Positions 36,901 to 45,198 of a stretch of DNA of 64,000 nt are shown in pieces (the first letter of the stretch is position 1; each line of letters starts with the position of its first letter). Location of the stretch: positions 2,250 to 66,249 of the forward strand of contig DATJYL010000112.1 in assembly GCA_035499655.1 (NCBI GenBank), read 5' to 3'. The position numbers and the translations under genes are program-made. Source of the DNA: Pirellulales bacterium (GTDB lineage: Bacteria; Planctomycetota; Planctomycetia; Pirellulales; JADZDJ01). A model generated the notes under the pieces. That model saw nothing but the letters and a program-made list of their open reading frames with translations, ran no database searches and was not told the DNA's origin.

Positions 36901-37520
36901 AGGGTGATTTGCTCATCAGCGAGGGAAACTTCCAGCGGTTGTTTCCGGATGCGAGCGGTTACCGATTCTTTCTAGCGAGTGTGCCGTCGGCAGGTGCTGA
37001 GTCCAGCGCTGCAACTGCCGCTGCGCCGCCACCGGGCGCCGCTCAAGTGGCTGATGCGTTGGAAAACGGCTTGAGCGATTACGGATTTGTCACGCAAAGC
37101 ACAACGGCGCGGCTGGCGATGTTTTTCGCCGTGCAAAACACCTATTTGGCGACCTTTCGCAGCCTGGGGGCGCTGGGGTTGTTGCTGGGCACGTTCGGGC
37201 TGGCCGCCGTGCAATTACGGAGCGTCTTCGAACGTCGGGGCGAATTGGCGCTGATGCAGGCCACGGGCTTCCGCCGACGCCGCTTGGCGCAAATGGTGCT
37301 GCTTGAAAATGCTGCGTTGTTGATTGCCGGCCTGGCTGCCGGAACGGTGGCTGCAGGAGTTGCGTTATTGCCCCATTTGCTGACCGGCGGAGCAGGCATT
37401 CCGTGGCTTTCGCTGATTGCCATGTTGCTGATCGTTCTGATTGTCGGCGTCTCGGCCGGAATGCTGGCCGTGCGAGCCGTACTGCGTGCCCCATTGTTGG
37501 CTGCCTTGCACGGAAATTGA
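33996..37520 (+). CDS. Large ABC transporter permease (duplicated MacB/FtsX-type)
   Basis: LALRSLAYHWRSNFAVALGV; two FtsX-like TM blocks (ERAAELGIVLAVG; ERRGELALMQATGF); WRNASRNPLRSTLTIG. Confidence 0.9.
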   Translation: MSPLRLALRSLAYHWRSNFAVALGVMAATAVLTGALVVGDSVTFSLRQLAIDRLGRIDAALVTPHFFREKLAEDVAADPTFQHDFTAALPAIMLQGTLENPTGDHHRRAGNVAILGVGEPFWQLGSGAPTKPPVKDEIVLNQPLADQLRVKAGDEVVLRLQQAANVPADSPLGRKTETIRSRRFSVSDVIPAEGLGRFGLRPSQQLPLDAYTVIQPLQEMIGVEGRVNAILVAGNDENAVPDAAAEQALQNSLQPTLADYGVSIRKTARGYFNITTDRMLLEPAIESAAMRTFGALGAQPAFTYLANYILADEGRGKIPYSTVAAVDFSNQPPLGPLVNRQGQPIGPLAEDEIVLNSWAADDLAAQGAPVKPGDTIVITYFEPESTHGKVVESRHTFRLKDITPLAGVADDRDFTPEVKGITDEASIADWNPPFPYDPQRVRSTPPNNQDDLYWREHRATPKAFISLEEGRQLWSSRFGNTTSIRIPSGDGLTEQAIAEKLQSAIKPADLGFDFLPVKRLSLTAAAGTTPFALLFLGFSLFIIAAALMLVMLLFKLGVDERAAELGIVLAVGLRRRLARRMLLLEGGFVALIGATFGAMAGVGYAWLMLVGLKTWWLGAISTPFLHLHVDEHSVVHGGFFGVAISLATIVWAVRQTRRVSVRSLLAGRAEESRLFGHRPARRAPWIAAALLVVAIAAGFSAASLTGEEQAGTFITAGALVLAAILTWLWDRLRAVRTSSPLVGRGALAWLAWRNASRNPLRSTLTIGLTAAACFLIVALSAFQLEAPVHGPAFDSGDGGYAFVAHSDQPIYQNLNSPAAWQDLGFSSQAEKTLTAAEAAGVRIYSLRVEAGDDASCLNLYRPRQPRILGVPPEFIGQGGFAWAATAAKTDREKSNSWLLLMRRPNPEAGDGKKSDPAPGDAIPVVLDQNTALYSLHLYGGVGEMFEIDNPRGGKIRLQVVGLLDGSIFQGDLLISEGNFQRLFPDASGYRFFLASVPSAGAESSAATAAAPPPGAAQVADALENGLSDYGFVTQSTTARLAMFFAVQNTYLATFRSLGALGLLLGTFGLAAVQLRSVFERRGELALMQATGFRRRRLAQMVLLENAALLIAGLAAGTVAAGVALLPHLLTGGAGIPWLSLIAMLLIVLIVGVSAGMLAVRAVLRAPLLAALHGN

Positions 37521-37612
37521 TCGGCTGGAATTCAGCAAAATCTCTCTCGTTTCGCTGCCCTTACAGATGTTACACTACAGAACTCTCCAATTTCTCTCCT
37601 GTAGGCAACTTC

Positions 37613-38719
37613 ATGAAAAACCTAGTTTACGTTTTGCTGTTCACCGCAATGACCGCCATTTCTTGGGGAATTTACGGGCCATTATTGAGCATTGGCGGAA
37701 AACAAATGGGCGGCAGCCATTGGTTGCCGTTTGTATTTGTTGGCGTGGCATACTTCCTGATCGCGGTTTTAGCAACAACCGCTTTGCTGGTATGGCGAGG
37801 CGAACCTGGTAATTGGAATTCCCGCGGCATCATTTGGAGTTTTTTTGCAGGCGTGGTTACAGCCGTGGGCGCGCTCAGCTTGATTCTGGCGCTCACCAAC
37901 AAAGGCAATCCGATTTATGTGATGCCGCTCGTGTTTGGCGGAGCGCCGGTCGTTAACACGTTGCTGGCGATGTGGATTTCGAAAACCTATCGCGAGACGG
38001 GACCATTCTTTTACGCCGGATTAATTTTGGTAATTGCGGGCGCCGTGGCAGTCTTAGTCTTCAAACCTCACGAGATGGCGCCGGCCGCGCCTCTTCCAAC
38101 GGCTACTGCTGGGCAAGCAGTTCCCGCCTCAGAACCCAATGCTGCCACAGCGCAAGCAGCTGTCGCAAACACGGGTTCTGGATTTACGACTCTGCTGATT
38201 ATTTCCGCATTCATTGCGTTAACGGCAATTTGTTGGGGGTGTTATGGCCCGTTATTGCACAAGGGACAAACCTTTATGCACGGCAGCCGCATGCGACCCT
38301 TCATTTGCGTAGGAATGGCGTATGTTGTCGTGGGGATCGTTGCTCCTTTAGTTTTTTGGACCGCTCTGGGAGACCACGGCCAAATTTCTGCTCGCGGAGT
38401 GATCTGGAGTCTGGCAGGAGGAACCGCAGGCGCCGTCGGGTCGTTAGGCGTAATTCTAGCATTTACCTTCGGTGGCAAACCCATTTACGTTATGCCGCTG
38501 GTCTTTGGCGGCGCGCCAGTCGTGAATACATTCTTTAGCATCATCACGGCCCAGCAATTAAGCAGCATTTCGCCGTTTTTCTACGCCGGGCTGATTGTCG
38601 TGGTCGCCGGCGCGGTTAGCGTGCTGGTGTTTGCTCCGCACGGCGCCCCGCACCCGGCACCCGCCACCGAGACAAAACCGCCCGCCGCTCCCGCCACTCC
38701 CGAGCCGGCGAAACCGTAA
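37613..38719 (+). CDS. Integral membrane protein with an internally duplicated DMT/EamA-like unit
   Basis: Two repeats of WGxYGPLL...GxPIYVMPLVFGGAPVVNT...PFFYAGLI separated by an Ala/Pro/Thr linker. Confidence 0.8.
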   Translation: MKNLVYVLLFTAMTAISWGIYGPLLSIGGKQMGGSHWLPFVFVGVAYFLIAVLATTALLVWRGEPGNWNSRGIIWSFFAGVVTAVGALSLILALTNKGNPIYVMPLVFGGAPVVNTLLAMWISKTYRETGPFFYAGLILVIAGAVAVLVFKPHEMAPAAPLPTATAGQAVPASEPNAATAQAAVANTGSGFTTLLIISAFIALTAICWGCYGPLLHKGQTFMHGSRMRPFICVGMAYVVVGIVAPLVFWTALGDHGQISARGVIWSLAGGTAGAVGSLGVILAFTFGGKPIYVMPLVFGGAPVVNTFFSIITAQQLSSISPFFYAGLIVVVAGAVSVLVFAPHGAPHPAPATETKPPAAPATPEPAKP

Positions 38720-38823
38720 TGACCAAGATGAATTTCCAATGACCACACGAAGTGGCGGAGCTAAATCCCAATGACCAATGATTTGCTCCAACATTGGTCA
38801 TTGGTGCTTGGGCATTGGTTATT
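38718..38823. repeat. Inverted AATGACC-type heptamer arms between convergent genes
   Basis: aatgacc...aaatccc aatgacc aatga [tttgctccaa] cattgg tcattgg tgcttgg gcattgg ttatt. Confidence 0.9.
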
Positions 38824-38829
38824 TTTTCT

Positions 38830-39564
38830 TCACGTGCCGCGCACGTTGCCGAACCACTCGATGTGCTTTCGGGGGCAGAAATTCAACTGCTGCCGGCGGC
38901 AGTACGGTTCTAACCAGGTTGCGGTGTGCATGAGCGTTTCGACGTTTATTCCCTGCGGCATCAATAGCACGCGGGAGCGTTTGACTTGTGGAAATTCTTC
39001 CAGCCATGCTTCGGCGGCCAGGCAATCGTCGGGTGAATCGACCACGAATTTAATCTGATAGGGATACTCTGTCACCAATCGCCGTATGACGTCGGGCAAG
39101 TGCCGTGATTCTTCATGCCGCACATTCCAACGCGGTTCTTGAGATGCCGGCGGCGCGGAGCCGGCCAGCTTGGGACTGATCGACATCAAATCGCACTCCA
39201 GCGGCAAATACAGTGTGCCGGCCGTTTCCACCGTGATGTGCAGACCGCGCTGGCGCAAAGCCGCGGCCAGTGGCACCAGTTCGGCAAACAACATCGGCTC
39301 GCCGCCAGTCAGAACGACATGACCGCATTTATAATCTCCCTCTCCCTTTGGGAGAGGGTCGGGGTGAGGGTGTCCCAGCAATTCATCGACCTGTCGCAGA
39401 ATTTCCTCGACCGATAAATCTTCTCCTTCCGGCTCCCAGGAAGTGTATGGCGTATCGCAAAACCAGCACCGCAGGTTGCAACCGCTGGCGCGGACAAACA
39501 CGCTGGGCGTTCCGGTCAGAAAGCCCTCGCCTTGCAGCGATCGAAATATCTCGGCAATACGCAT
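38830..39564 (-). CDS. queE: 7-carboxy-7-deazaguanine synthase QueE (radical SAM) with an in-frame palindrome insertion
   Basis: MRIAEIFRSLQGEG, FVRASGCNLRCWFCDTPY, VVLTGGEP, VETAGT, SISPKL. Confidence 0.93.
   Translation of the reverse strand: MRIAEIFRSLQGEGFLTGTPSVFVRASGCNLRCWFCDTPYTSWEPEGEDLSVEEILRQVDELLGHPHPDPLPKGEGDYKCGHVVLTGGEPMLFAELVPLAAALRQRGLHITVETAGTLYLPLECDLMSISPKLAGSAPPASQEPRWNVRHEESRHLPDVIRRLVTEYPYQIKFVVDSPDDCLAAEAWLEEFPQVKRSRVLLMPQGINVETLMHTATWLEPYCRRQQLNFCPRKHIEWFGNVRGT
39338..39370. repeat. CCCTCTCCC-NNN-GGGAGAGGG REP-like hairpin in frame within queE
   Basis: ccctctccc ttt gggagaggg tcggggtgaggg; encodes PHPDPLPKGEG between DELLG and HVVLTGGEP. Confidence 0.8.
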
Positions 39565-39572
39565 GATGAAAG

Positions 39573-39656
39573 CAATTAGCGGCTGGCAATTAGCGATTAG
39601 CAACGGACGGTATCATTCATTTTCTGCGATTGGCTAGTTGCTAATTGCTAATTGCT
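39573..39656. repeat. Inverted CAATTAG-type heptamer arms between queC and queE
   Basis: caattag cggctgg caattag cgattag caa ... cgattgg ctagttg ctaattg ctaattg ct; supplies the queC stop (TAG 39648-39650). Confidence 0.85.
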
Positions 39657-40385
39657 GTATTCTAGTGGATCGGTCATTCCCGCTTCGGCAAAGCCTTTGC
39701 GGCGGAGCAAGCAAGCGTCGCAGCGGCCGCACGGCTTGCCACTTGCGTCGGGATCGTAACAACTGTATGTCAGACCGTAATCTACGCCTAATTGCGTGCC
39801 GCGGCGGATTATTTCCGCTTTGGTCATCGTAATCAGCGGCGTGTGAATTTTGAATTGCAGTGTCCCTTCCACGCCCGCCTTGGTAGCCAAATTCGCCAGC
39901 CGTTCGAACGCAGCAATATATTCCGGCCGGCAGTCGGGATAGCCGCTGTAATCGATGGCATTGACGCCCAGAAAAATGTCGGCCGCTTCCACCGTTTCGG
40001 CATACGCTAGCGCTAGCGACAACAGCACCGTGTTCCGCGCTGGCACATACGTCACTGGAATGCCGTGTCCCATTTCATCGGCGCTGCGTCCCTTGGGCAC
40101 GGCAATGTCCGCGGTTAGAGCGCTGTGGCCGAAACGAGCTAAATCGATTCGCACTGTTTCGTGCCGTTTTACTCCCAAGTGTTTTGCCACCCGAGCAGCC
40201 GCTTCCAGTTCGAACCGGTGCCGCTGGCCGTAATCGACCGACAGAGCAAACAGTTCGTATCCCTCTGACTTGGCCACGGCGGCTGTGGTCGTCGAATCTA
40301 GCCCGCCGGAGAGCAAAATGACGGCTGATTTTCCCCTTGATGGCGCATTCGGTGTGTTCGTTGTCGCGGAGGCTCTGGTTTCCAT
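39648..40385 (-). CDS. queC: 7-cyano-7-deazaguanine synthase QueC
   Basis: [50 protein letters not shown]. Confidence 0.97.
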   Translation of the reverse strand: METRASATTNTPNAPSRGKSAVILLSGGLDSTTTAAVAKSEGYELFALSVDYGQRHRFELEAAARVAKHLGVKRHETVRIDLARFGHSALTADIAVPKGRSADEMGHGIPVTYVPARNTVLLSLALAYAETVEAADIFLGVNAIDYSGYPDCRPEYIAAFERLANLATKAGVEGTLQFKIHTPLITMTKAEIIRRGTQLGVDYGLTYSCYDPDASGKPCGRCDACLLRRKGFAEAGMTDPLEYSN

Positions 40386-40430
40386 CCTTCCATGTTGGCA
40401 CAATTAAAGTTTGAAGAAAAGGAGCTGCAC

Positions 40431-40790
40431 GTGCCCGACAATTTTCGCAACACGCTGGAAACCTTCGCCAACCAATATCCTGGGCGAGATTACAGCATTG
40501 AAATCATCTGCCCAGAGTTCACTTCCGTTTGCCCGAAAACCAGCCAGCCCGATTTCGGCACGCTAACTATCACGTACACGCCGGAAGCCAAATGCGTGGA
40601 ACTGAAAAGCCTGAAACTGTATTTGCAGCAGTTCCGCAACGAGGGAATTTTTTACGAAACGGTGACGAACCGCATTTTGGATGATTTGGTGGCGGTGCTT
40701 GCGCCGCGCCGCATGAAACTGGTGGCGGCTTTTACGCCGCGGGGTGGGATCAGCACGAATGTGATCGTGGAATTAAAATCTGATACATGA
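40431..40790 (+). CDS. queF: NADPH-dependent preQ0 reductase QueF (unimodular type)
   Basis: [42 protein letters not shown]; GTG with AAGGAG RBS. Confidence 0.95.
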   Translation: MPDNFRNTLETFANQYPGRDYSIEIICPEFTSVCPKTSQPDFGTLTITYTPEAKCVELKSLKLYLQQFRNEGIFYETVTNRILDDLVAVLAPRRMKLVAAFTPRGGISTNVIVELKSDT

Positions 40791-40817
40791 ATCTGTAAAC
40801 GGCAATCCCTCGAGTCT

Positions 40818-41288
40818 TCAATATGTTCTGGCCGTCGGCAGCATTTTCCAATCGTGAAATAGTTGCTTGCACTCTGCGGACAGCACGCCGCCGATGAGTT
40901 TTACTTTGCTGCGGCCCAGCGATAGAATTTGCTGGGCGTCGATGTACAACTCGTTGAAGCCCGCATCGGCTGCGTCTTGGACGGTCGCGCCGAAGTAAAC
41001 CGTCTCTACTCGGGCCCAGTGCAAGGCTGACATGCACATCGGGCACGGCTCGCAGGTAGTGGCGACAATGCCCCCTTCCAGAAAAATTTTGCCCGTGTGT
41101 TTGCAGCCAGCCCGAATGGCGTTCACTTCGGCGTGGGCCGTGCTGTCGATGGTCGTCAGCACCGTGTTGTGCGCGGAGGCGATGACTTTTCCCCCCTGCT
41201 CAATCGCACAGCCAAACGGACTATTGCCCGTCTTAAAACCCTCGCGGGTTTTGTCGATCGCTAGCCGCATTAGGTCTTCTGGTGACAT
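40818..41288 (-). CDS. Nucleoside/guanine deaminase (zinc-dependent cytidine deaminase fold)
   Basis: SPFGCAI, TAHAEVNAIR, TCEPCPMCMSALHWAR, DAADAGF. Confidence 0.9.
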   Translation of the reverse strand: MSPEDLMRLAIDKTREGFKTGNSPFGCAIEQGGKVIASAHNTVLTTIDSTAHAEVNAIRAGCKHTGKIFLEGGIVATTCEPCPMCMSALHWARVETVYFGATVQDAADAGFNELYIDAQQILSLGRSKVKLIGGVLSAECKQLFHDWKMLPTARTY

Positions 41289-41387
41289 GCCGAAAGCTTA
41301 GCACATCGCCATTCGTTGTAGGAGGGGAAACCTTTCCCCGACTGCGAAGCGGTTGATTCCGTCGGCGAAGGGATTCGCCTCCTACAG

Positions 41388-41807
41388 CTACACGCAATAC
41401 GGCCGGAGTTTGCCGGCCACATTTTCCGGAATGGGAATTGATTGCAGCACGTTACCGGTCGCGGGCAACCGGCAACAAACGGCGGTCATGCTGCCGGTGG
41501 CCACAGGTCGCTCGTCATGCGACACTTCGAATTTGTACGTCACGCTTTTGTTTCCCAGTCGGGAAATGCTGAGCGTGATGGTGAGCACATCTTCAAAGCG
41601 CACCGCGCTTTGAAAATCGCACTGGGCATTGACGCGCGGCCAACTGAACGGGCCCGTATCATCTTTCGCCAGCACACTCAGCCCCAAGTGCCGCAAGAAT
41701 TCGTGCTCCACTGATTCCATCAGCGGAAAGAACGAGGCGAAGTGCATGATGCCCGCCGCATCGGTATCGCGAAATTCCACTCGGCGCGTGGCGGTGAAAG
41801 AAGGCAT
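41388..41807 (-). CDS. Acyl-CoA thioesterase (4-HBT / hot-dog family)
   Basis: RRVEFRDTDAAGIMHFASFF, CDFQSAVRFED, KSVTYKF. Confidence 0.88.
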   Translation of the reverse strand: MPSFTATRRVEFRDTDAAGIMHFASFFPLMESVEHEFLRHLGLSVLAKDDTGPFSWPRVNAQCDFQSAVRFEDVLTITLSISRLGNKSVTYKFEVSHDERPVATGSMTAVCCRLPATGNVLQSIPIPENVAGKLRPYCV

Positions 41808-41811
41808 AAAT

Positions 41812-41888
41812 GCAGAAGGCAGAAGGCAGAAGGCAGAAAACACCAAATCGTGCGTGCGATTCTGCTTTCTGCAGTCTGCCTTCTGCCT
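41812..41888. repeat. Inverted GCAGAAG-type heptamer arms between rpsR and the thioesterase gene
   Basis: gcagaag x3 gcagaaa ... ttctgct ttctgca gtctgcc ttctgcc. Confidence 0.9.
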
Positions 41889-41894
41889 TAAAAA

Positions 41895-42182
41895 CTACTC
41901 GCCCACGTACGGCAATAGCGCCATGAAGCGGGCCCGCTTCACCGCCAGGGTAATGGCATGTTGGCTGGCGGCGGTGCAACCGCTTTTGCGACGGCTGACA
42001 ATTTTTCCCTGGCGATTGGTGAGCTTGTTCAGCAGGTCCAAATCTTTGTAATCGACAAACAAGGGGCGCGGCCGCTTGCCATCGATGAAGATGGGGTCTT
42101 TTTTCTTAGTGCGGATTTTAGGCTTGGCCCGCTTCCGCAGGGGCATTTTCTTTTTGTCGCGAAAGGAACCAAATCGAGGCAT
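41895..42182 (-). CDS. rpsR: 30S ribosomal protein bS18 (no N-terminal CxxC)
   Basis: VDYKDLDLL..GKIVSRRKSGC..QHAITLAVKRARFMALLPY. Confidence 0.95.
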   Translation of the reverse strand: MPRFGSFRDKKKMPLRKRAKPKIRTKKKDPIFIDGKRPRPLFVDYKDLDLLNKLTNRQGKIVSRRKSGCTAASQHAITLAVKRARFMALLPYVGE

Positions 42183-42265
42183 AGGGACGAAGGAGTTGGG
42201 GTGTGAAATGAAACGACTTATGATACCGGTTTCCGCATTCAGAATCTAGCGGGGTCTTGTGGTTT

Positions 42266-42343
42266 CTAAAAGTCGAAAAGTCAAACGGGCGGATCGCCCC
42301 GCACCTCCGTCTTTTCGACTTTCAGACTTTTCGACTCTTGGAC
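42266..42343. repeat. Inverted octamer-array arms (GAAAAGTC type)
   Basis: ctaaaagt cgaaaagt caaa ... tcttttcg actttcag acttttcg actcttgg ac. Confidence 0.8.
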
Positions 42344-42364
42344 CTCTACAACGCCGCCCCACTC

Positions 42365-42407
42365 AAAACAATTCGCCCCCGGCGGGCAGTTTGCCAGCCG
42401 GGGGCGA
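42365..42407 (-). terminator. Probable intrinsic terminator after the RRM gene
   Basis: 11-bp stem tcgcccccggc/gccgggggcga with an adjacent A-rich tract (U-rich on the minus strand). Confidence 0.6.
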
Positions 42408-42477
42408 GGTGATGGTCAAGTTAACTCTCCGTCAACTGCCCTCACAAACAATTTGGCGATCAAGGCGCCAGACAAGC

Positions 42478-42792
42478 TTAGCGCCGGCCGTAACCGCCGC
42501 CGCCATAACCGCCACGGCCACCACCGCCACCGGCGGGGCGCGGGGTGCGTTCCCGCGCTTCGTTGACCGTTAGCGCACGGCCGCCCATGTCTTTGCCGTT
42601 CATGGCGGCAATGGCGGCATTCATCGCTTCATCGGATTCCATTTCGACAAACCCGAAACCGCGGGAGCGGCCGGTTTCGCGATCGGAAATCACTTCGGCA
42701 TTTTTCACGCCGCCGTGTTCTGCAAACATGTTTTGCAATTCCGAGGAAGTGGTTGACCAGGGAAGATTCCCAACATAAATCCGTCGACCCAT
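42478..42792 (-). CDS. RRM-domain RNA-binding protein with glycine-rich tail
   Basis: RNP2 IYVGNL, RNP1 RGFGFVEM, GRALTVNEA, GGGGGRGGYGGGGYGRR. Confidence 0.95.
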   Translation of the reverse strand: MGRRIYVGNLPWSTTSSELQNMFAEHGGVKNAEVISDRETGRSRGFGFVEMESDEAMNAAIAAMNGKDMGGRALTVNEARERTPRPAGGGGGRGGYGGGGYGRR

Positions 42793-43097
42793 CGAACACC
42801 TTCTACAAGGGAGCACACGAACTAAAACAGCACTTCTTCAAAACGAGACGTGAACTGAACCGAGGACGCCGTGGCTTGGCTCCCCGAGGGCCACAACGCC
42901 GCTTGACCGGCTATTGGAAGTGTAGCGTGCCCCTGGCGCAGGCCGCAATGTCTGTGAGGCAAAAAACAATCAAGAAGTCCGAAATTGCCGCCGGTGGTCT
43001 GGAGCGTTGACCGGGATGATTCGGCATAGCCCCTCCCTTTGGTAAGCCGCAAAGCATTGCCGGTTTTTGAGTTCGGCCACAACGCCGAATTTGGCGG

Positions 43098-44483
43098 CTA
43101 CCCCGCCGCGACAGCAACACGCTTTACCTCGCGGTACAATTCGCGGTGTTCTTGGGCCATTTGCAGGGCCGTGTATTGGGCGTGAATCACTTGCCGGCCG
43201 CGGCGTCCGTGTTCGGCAGCCAGCGCGGGATTCAAGATGTATTCGCGCAACTTGCGGGCCAGATCGCCGGCGTTTTCCGGCTCGCACAGCAGGCCGCCGC
43301 CGGTATGCTCGATGATTTCCGGGAACGAGCCATGCCGCGGCACGACGACCGGCACGCCGTTGGCCAGCGCTTCCAATACGGAAAGCCCCTTGCTTTCGCG
43401 ATATACCGTGGGCACGCTCATCACGTCGAGCGATTGCAAAAAGGCAATTTTTCCGGCGCGATCCAATTCGCCCGCATATTCAAAATGGTCGGCCAAATTT
43501 AACTCTTGCACGCGCTGCAGGATGGATTGAAAATACGGTTCGTCGCCGGACGATTTGTAACCGGCGGCCTTCAAACGCAGCCGGGGCACAGCCCCGTCAG
43601 CACCATCAGCCCGCAGCAATGCAAACGCTTCGACCAGCAGATGCAACCCCTTTTCCGGAGCGATGCGAGAAAAGAAGCCGATGGTAAACGGCTCGTCTGC
43701 TTGGCTGCCACGGCGTTGACCGTGCCCGGCCAAATGCAGCCCGTGGCGGATGACTTCGATGCGATTATGTGGAACGCTTAAATAATCGGCCATGAAGTCG
43801 GCGAAGTAGCGGTTGTACGCCACGAACACATCGACATCGCGCGCCCGCTGGCGCAACAGCTCGCGCGCCTGGCTGTAGTGCGGTTCGGACAATTGCTCCA
43901 GGAACAAATCCTCGCCCGCCAATCCGCAGATGATGGGCACGTTCAGCCGCTCGCGGAGCCGGCGCGCCATGCCCAGCAAGAGCGCGTTGGAAAGATGAAT
44001 CACCTGTGGCCGGCCTTCCTGTTCCAGCCACGAAGCCAGCTTTTCGAGTTCTTTTCGTTGCCGGCCTTGTTCGCCCTGCAGCGTGGAAATAGTGAGGGCG
44101 CCCAATTTAGCCACCGGCATGCCGGCGCTGCGCGCGGCCAGCCAGTTGAGCAGCTTGGGGGAATCGAGCCAGCGATCTAAGAACCAGGGTGTGTGTCGAA
44201 ACAGTGACGAGTTTTGCTGCAAGTAAACATTCACGCCGCCAAAAAAAACGCGGTTCAGGCTGACATTTTCTTCATCGGTGCGCAGCGGCGTATAGGTAGG
44301 CACCAGCAAAACATCCTCGCCCAAATCCGCCAGTGCTTTAGCCAAGGCGTTGTCGTGCAAGCAGGAACCGCAATAGCGCGTGGCGGCCCCCGCGGTGAGA
44401 TACACAATCCGCAACGGTGAACCATCGCTGTATCGAGCTGACGCTTCGGGAATTTTGGCCATAGAACTGGTCTGTAGCGCCAT
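43098..44483 (-). CDS. Glycosyltransferase family 4 (GT-B)
   Basis: YCGSCLHDNAL, GFFSRIAPEKGLH, ESKGLSVLEALANGVPVV; start uncertain (possibly TTG 44414). Confidence 0.9.
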   Translation of the reverse strand: MALQTSSMAKIPEASARYSDGSPLRIVYLTAGAATRYCGSCLHDNALAKALADLGEDVLLVPTYTPLRTDEENVSLNRVFFGGVNVYLQQNSSLFRHTPWFLDRWLDSPKLLNWLAARSAGMPVAKLGALTISTLQGEQGRQRKELEKLASWLEQEGRPQVIHLSNALLLGMARRLRERLNVPIICGLAGEDLFLEQLSEPHYSQARELLRQRARDVDVFVAYNRYFADFMADYLSVPHNRIEVIRHGLHLAGHGQRRGSQADEPFTIGFFSRIAPEKGLHLLVEAFALLRADGADGAVPRLRLKAAGYKSSGDEPYFQSILQRVQELNLADHFEYAGELDRAGKIAFLQSLDVMSVPTVYRESKGLSVLEALANGVPVVVPRHGSFPEIIEHTGGGLLCEPENAGDLARKLREYILNPALAAEHGRRGRQVIHAQYTALQMAQEHRELYREVKRVAVAAG

Positions 44484-44491
44484 AAGGCAAG

Positions 44492-44516
44492 CGCCGGGCT
44501 AGCCCGGCGGCTAAAC
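44492..44516. repeat. 18-bp palindrome plus GCTAAAC tail (REP-like)
   Basis: cgccgggct|agcccggcg followed by gctaaac. Confidence 0.65.
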
Positions 44517-45176
44517 ATCCACCGGCGCGGCAATCTCCAGCAATTCTACCGCGGGTTCACAGTTGCAGTGAATAATGGCGGTGCGGCCATACGTGGTTTG
44601 TTGCGGGGCGATGCCGAACATTTGGCATAAGTCGATCCCCGGCTGCACGCGCCACAGCCCTATGAGTTCGATTTTCCGCATCACGTTATGGCGAATCAGG
44701 ATGCGACCCAGCGGCGTTTGCTGGATTTCAATTTCTCGCCGCACTTCGTCGCTCAGGAAATCGAAATTCAACCGCACGATGCCAAATTGCACCACCCGCC
44801 GGTCGCTGTGGCGCATGAGCAAAATCCGCCTCGCATAATGGTTCCCGTCCAGCTTTTTTCCCAACACCCGCACATCCACCGGGCCTTCGTAAAATTCTTC
44901 CATGGCCACGGTCATGTGATGGCAATGATCCAGTAATTTGCGATAAGGTCCCGGCACTTCTTCTGGGAGCGATTTTTCAAAGTGCCCCAGGCCATCGGGC
45001 AAGCCGTAAAACAGCCCGACAAGACTCGATAACTCAGCGTTGACGGGGCGAGATGGCACAGGCGGTTGGCACAGGGCAGGAGGCAGCGGGCGGGACTGCA
45101 AGCGCAAGGCAAGTCCAAAGGGATCCAGGTAGCAATACAATGTCGCTGGGACCAATCTTAGGGCGGCGGTGGTCAA
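44511..45176 (-). CDS. Chorismate-lyase (UbiC)/UTRA-fold-like protein
   Basis: LLDHCHHMTVAMEEF, YARRILL, VQFGIVR, PLGRILIRHNV; start uncertain (GTG 45059 possible). Confidence 0.6.
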   Translation of the reverse strand: MTTAALRLVPATLYCYLDPFGLALRLQSRPLPPALCQPPVPSRPVNAELSSLVGLFYGLPDGLGHFEKSLPEEVPGPYRKLLDHCHHMTVAMEEFYEGPVDVRVLGKKLDGNHYARRILLMRHSDRRVVQFGIVRLNFDFLSDEVRREIEIQQTPLGRILIRHNVMRKIELIGLWRVQPGIDLCQMFGIAPQQTTYGRTAIIHCNCEPAVELLEIAAPVDV

Positions 45177-45198
45177 GAGTCCAATCCGGAATTCCGGC

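Noticed and set aside
41895-42182. Zinc-free S18 as a Zur-regulated paralogue
   Set aside because: Absence of CxxC is visible, but a second rpsR copy or a Zur box cannot be shown from this window.
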